Positions 62,593 to 64,000 of a stretch of DNA of 64,000 bases are shown here, one piece after another. The notes beneath the pieces were generated by a model. The model was not told where the DNA came from. It did no database searches and saw only the letters and a program-made list of their open reading frames with translations. This DNA is from Felis catus (lineage: Eukaryota). Positions within the stretch are counted from its first letter, which is position 1. The number at the start of each line of letters is the position of its first letter. The DNA lies in the NCBI RefSeq assembly GCF_018350175.1, contig NC_058377.1:100316001-100380000 (forward strand), given 5' to 3'. The position numbers and the translations under genes were made by a program.

Positions 62593-62815
62593 GGGGAGCC
62601 TGGGTGGCTCAGTCAGCTGAGCATCTGACTTCAGCTCAAGTCATGATCTCGCGGTTTGTGAGTTTGAGCCCTGCATCTGGCTCTGTGCTGGCAGGTCAGA
62701 GCCTGGAGCCTGCTTCGGATTCTGTGTCTCCCTCTCCCTTTGCCCCTCCCCTGCTCATGTTCTGTCTCTCCCTCTCTCTCAAAAATAAATAAACATTAAA
62801 AAAATTAAAAAAAAT
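62593..62815 (+). mobile_element. SINEC
   Basis: ggggagcctgggtggctcag head; poly-A tail. Confidence 0.93.
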
Positions 62816-62959
62816 TTACATAGTAAATTTATTTTAGCTTCATCTGGAGACCAATAATATATTTATTGTTTAGGTCATTGACGAAATTCGATGAATGAAT
62901 GATTAAATGTGAATTCAAGTAATGTATGATTTTTTACCTTATCATTTGGTTAATATAAT

Positions 62960-63480
62960 CAAGATTGATAATATTCAGTGTGAGTAAAACGGTGGGAAAA
63001 ACTACTCTTTCATACACTGTTGATGAGAATGAAAGATACTTCAGGATTTTGAGAGAACAGTTACAGAAGCAATCGAAATTCAACATATGCATAGTTTTTG
63101 ATCCGGTGATGGCATTACTAGGAATTTCTCCAACCAGGAAGTATTCAACCAGGAAACATTCAAACCAGAAAGCAAAAATGTCAGTAAAGTGACGTCCAGT
63201 GCATCATTGTGTATAGGACAGAATACTAGAAATAGCATGAATGTCAAGCAAAAACAAATTGGTTATATGAATTATAGTACAACCATAAAATAGAATCACA
63301 TGCAGAAGTTAAAATGTAGGAAAATTCATAACTGTTGACAAATAATGCCCAGTTAAATTAAAATTTCAAGAATATTATGGTATTTTATATACTTTTATAT
63401 AGAACAAAACCCATAAATGTGCACATAGAATATTCCTGCATACAAATGCACATCTGAAAAGAGTGAACTACACTATCAAT
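62960..63480 (+). mobile_element. Old L1ME-type 3' fragment
   Basis: actcttcatacactgttgatgagaatg; ttgatccggtgatggcattactaggaattt; aaattggttatatgaattatagtaca. Confidence 0.7.
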
Positions 63481-63769
63481 AAAGGGTCCAGTAGGGCTTA
63501 TGCTTGGGAGTGGTCCTTTGACTTTCAGCTTTCTATCACTCTACCTCTCCATACGAAATATTTTCCAAGGGCTATATCTTACTTTTGCGATTTATAAAAC
63601 TTAAACTGAGCATTTAGTAGAAGTATATGGATACTTCTAATAAAATCTAATATCATTTACTAGAAGCCTGTGTAAACACGTGATCCAAAGGCAGAGGATC
63701 TGTTTTAAAATAGTTTGTGGTCAGTATCCTTCTCCTCATTCTAGGAAAAGAAATAGAGATCCTGATCTA

Positions 63770-63960
63770 AGCCCTTTTTACATTTATAAAATCATTTAAT
63801 CCTTACAACAACCTTTTGGAATAGGTAACATTACCTTCCCACTTTATAGAAAATGGAACTGAGGCACAGAGAAGTTGTCTGGCCTATTTTATGTACTCAG
63901 AAATGAGAACTGACTGTAGTGTGGAAAATCAGGAATTTTACATAGGTCTTTAAGTTCTTA
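63770..63960 (-). mobile_element. MIR
   Basis: tcatttaatccttacaacaacc...cccactttatagaaaatggaactgaggcacagaga. Confidence 0.85.
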
Positions 63961-64000
63961 CTCCCTACTCCCAATTGAACTCCAGTTTAGCTAGGCACAC

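Overview
Mammalian DNA, almost certainly felid: it carries many young SINEC_Fc-type Can-SINEs and carnivore L1s. The window lies inside a class II olfactory receptor family-4 cluster with five single-exon OR CDSs, all on the + strand: OR4A47-like (12131-13060), OR4A5/A16-like (24130-25071), OR4A15-like (36489-37460, N gap), and two OR4C-like genes (48138-49055; 55096-56043, N gap). The intergenic DNA is mostly L1, about 26 SINEC copies, MaLR/ERVL relics, L2, MIR and microsatellites, with seven N gaps. I found no novel protein-coding system. The best leads are: an old local duplication (1-8280 vs about 16190-19975) containing an unusually conserved homeodomain-motif block; a sharp CpG-rich domain over the last OR; several hairpin/patchwork scars typical of templated repair; a strong SINE strand bias; and N gaps whose lengths exactly match the missing OR codons. 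Repeat family names and gene orthology come from recall of consensus sequences, not searches, and all counts are manual.
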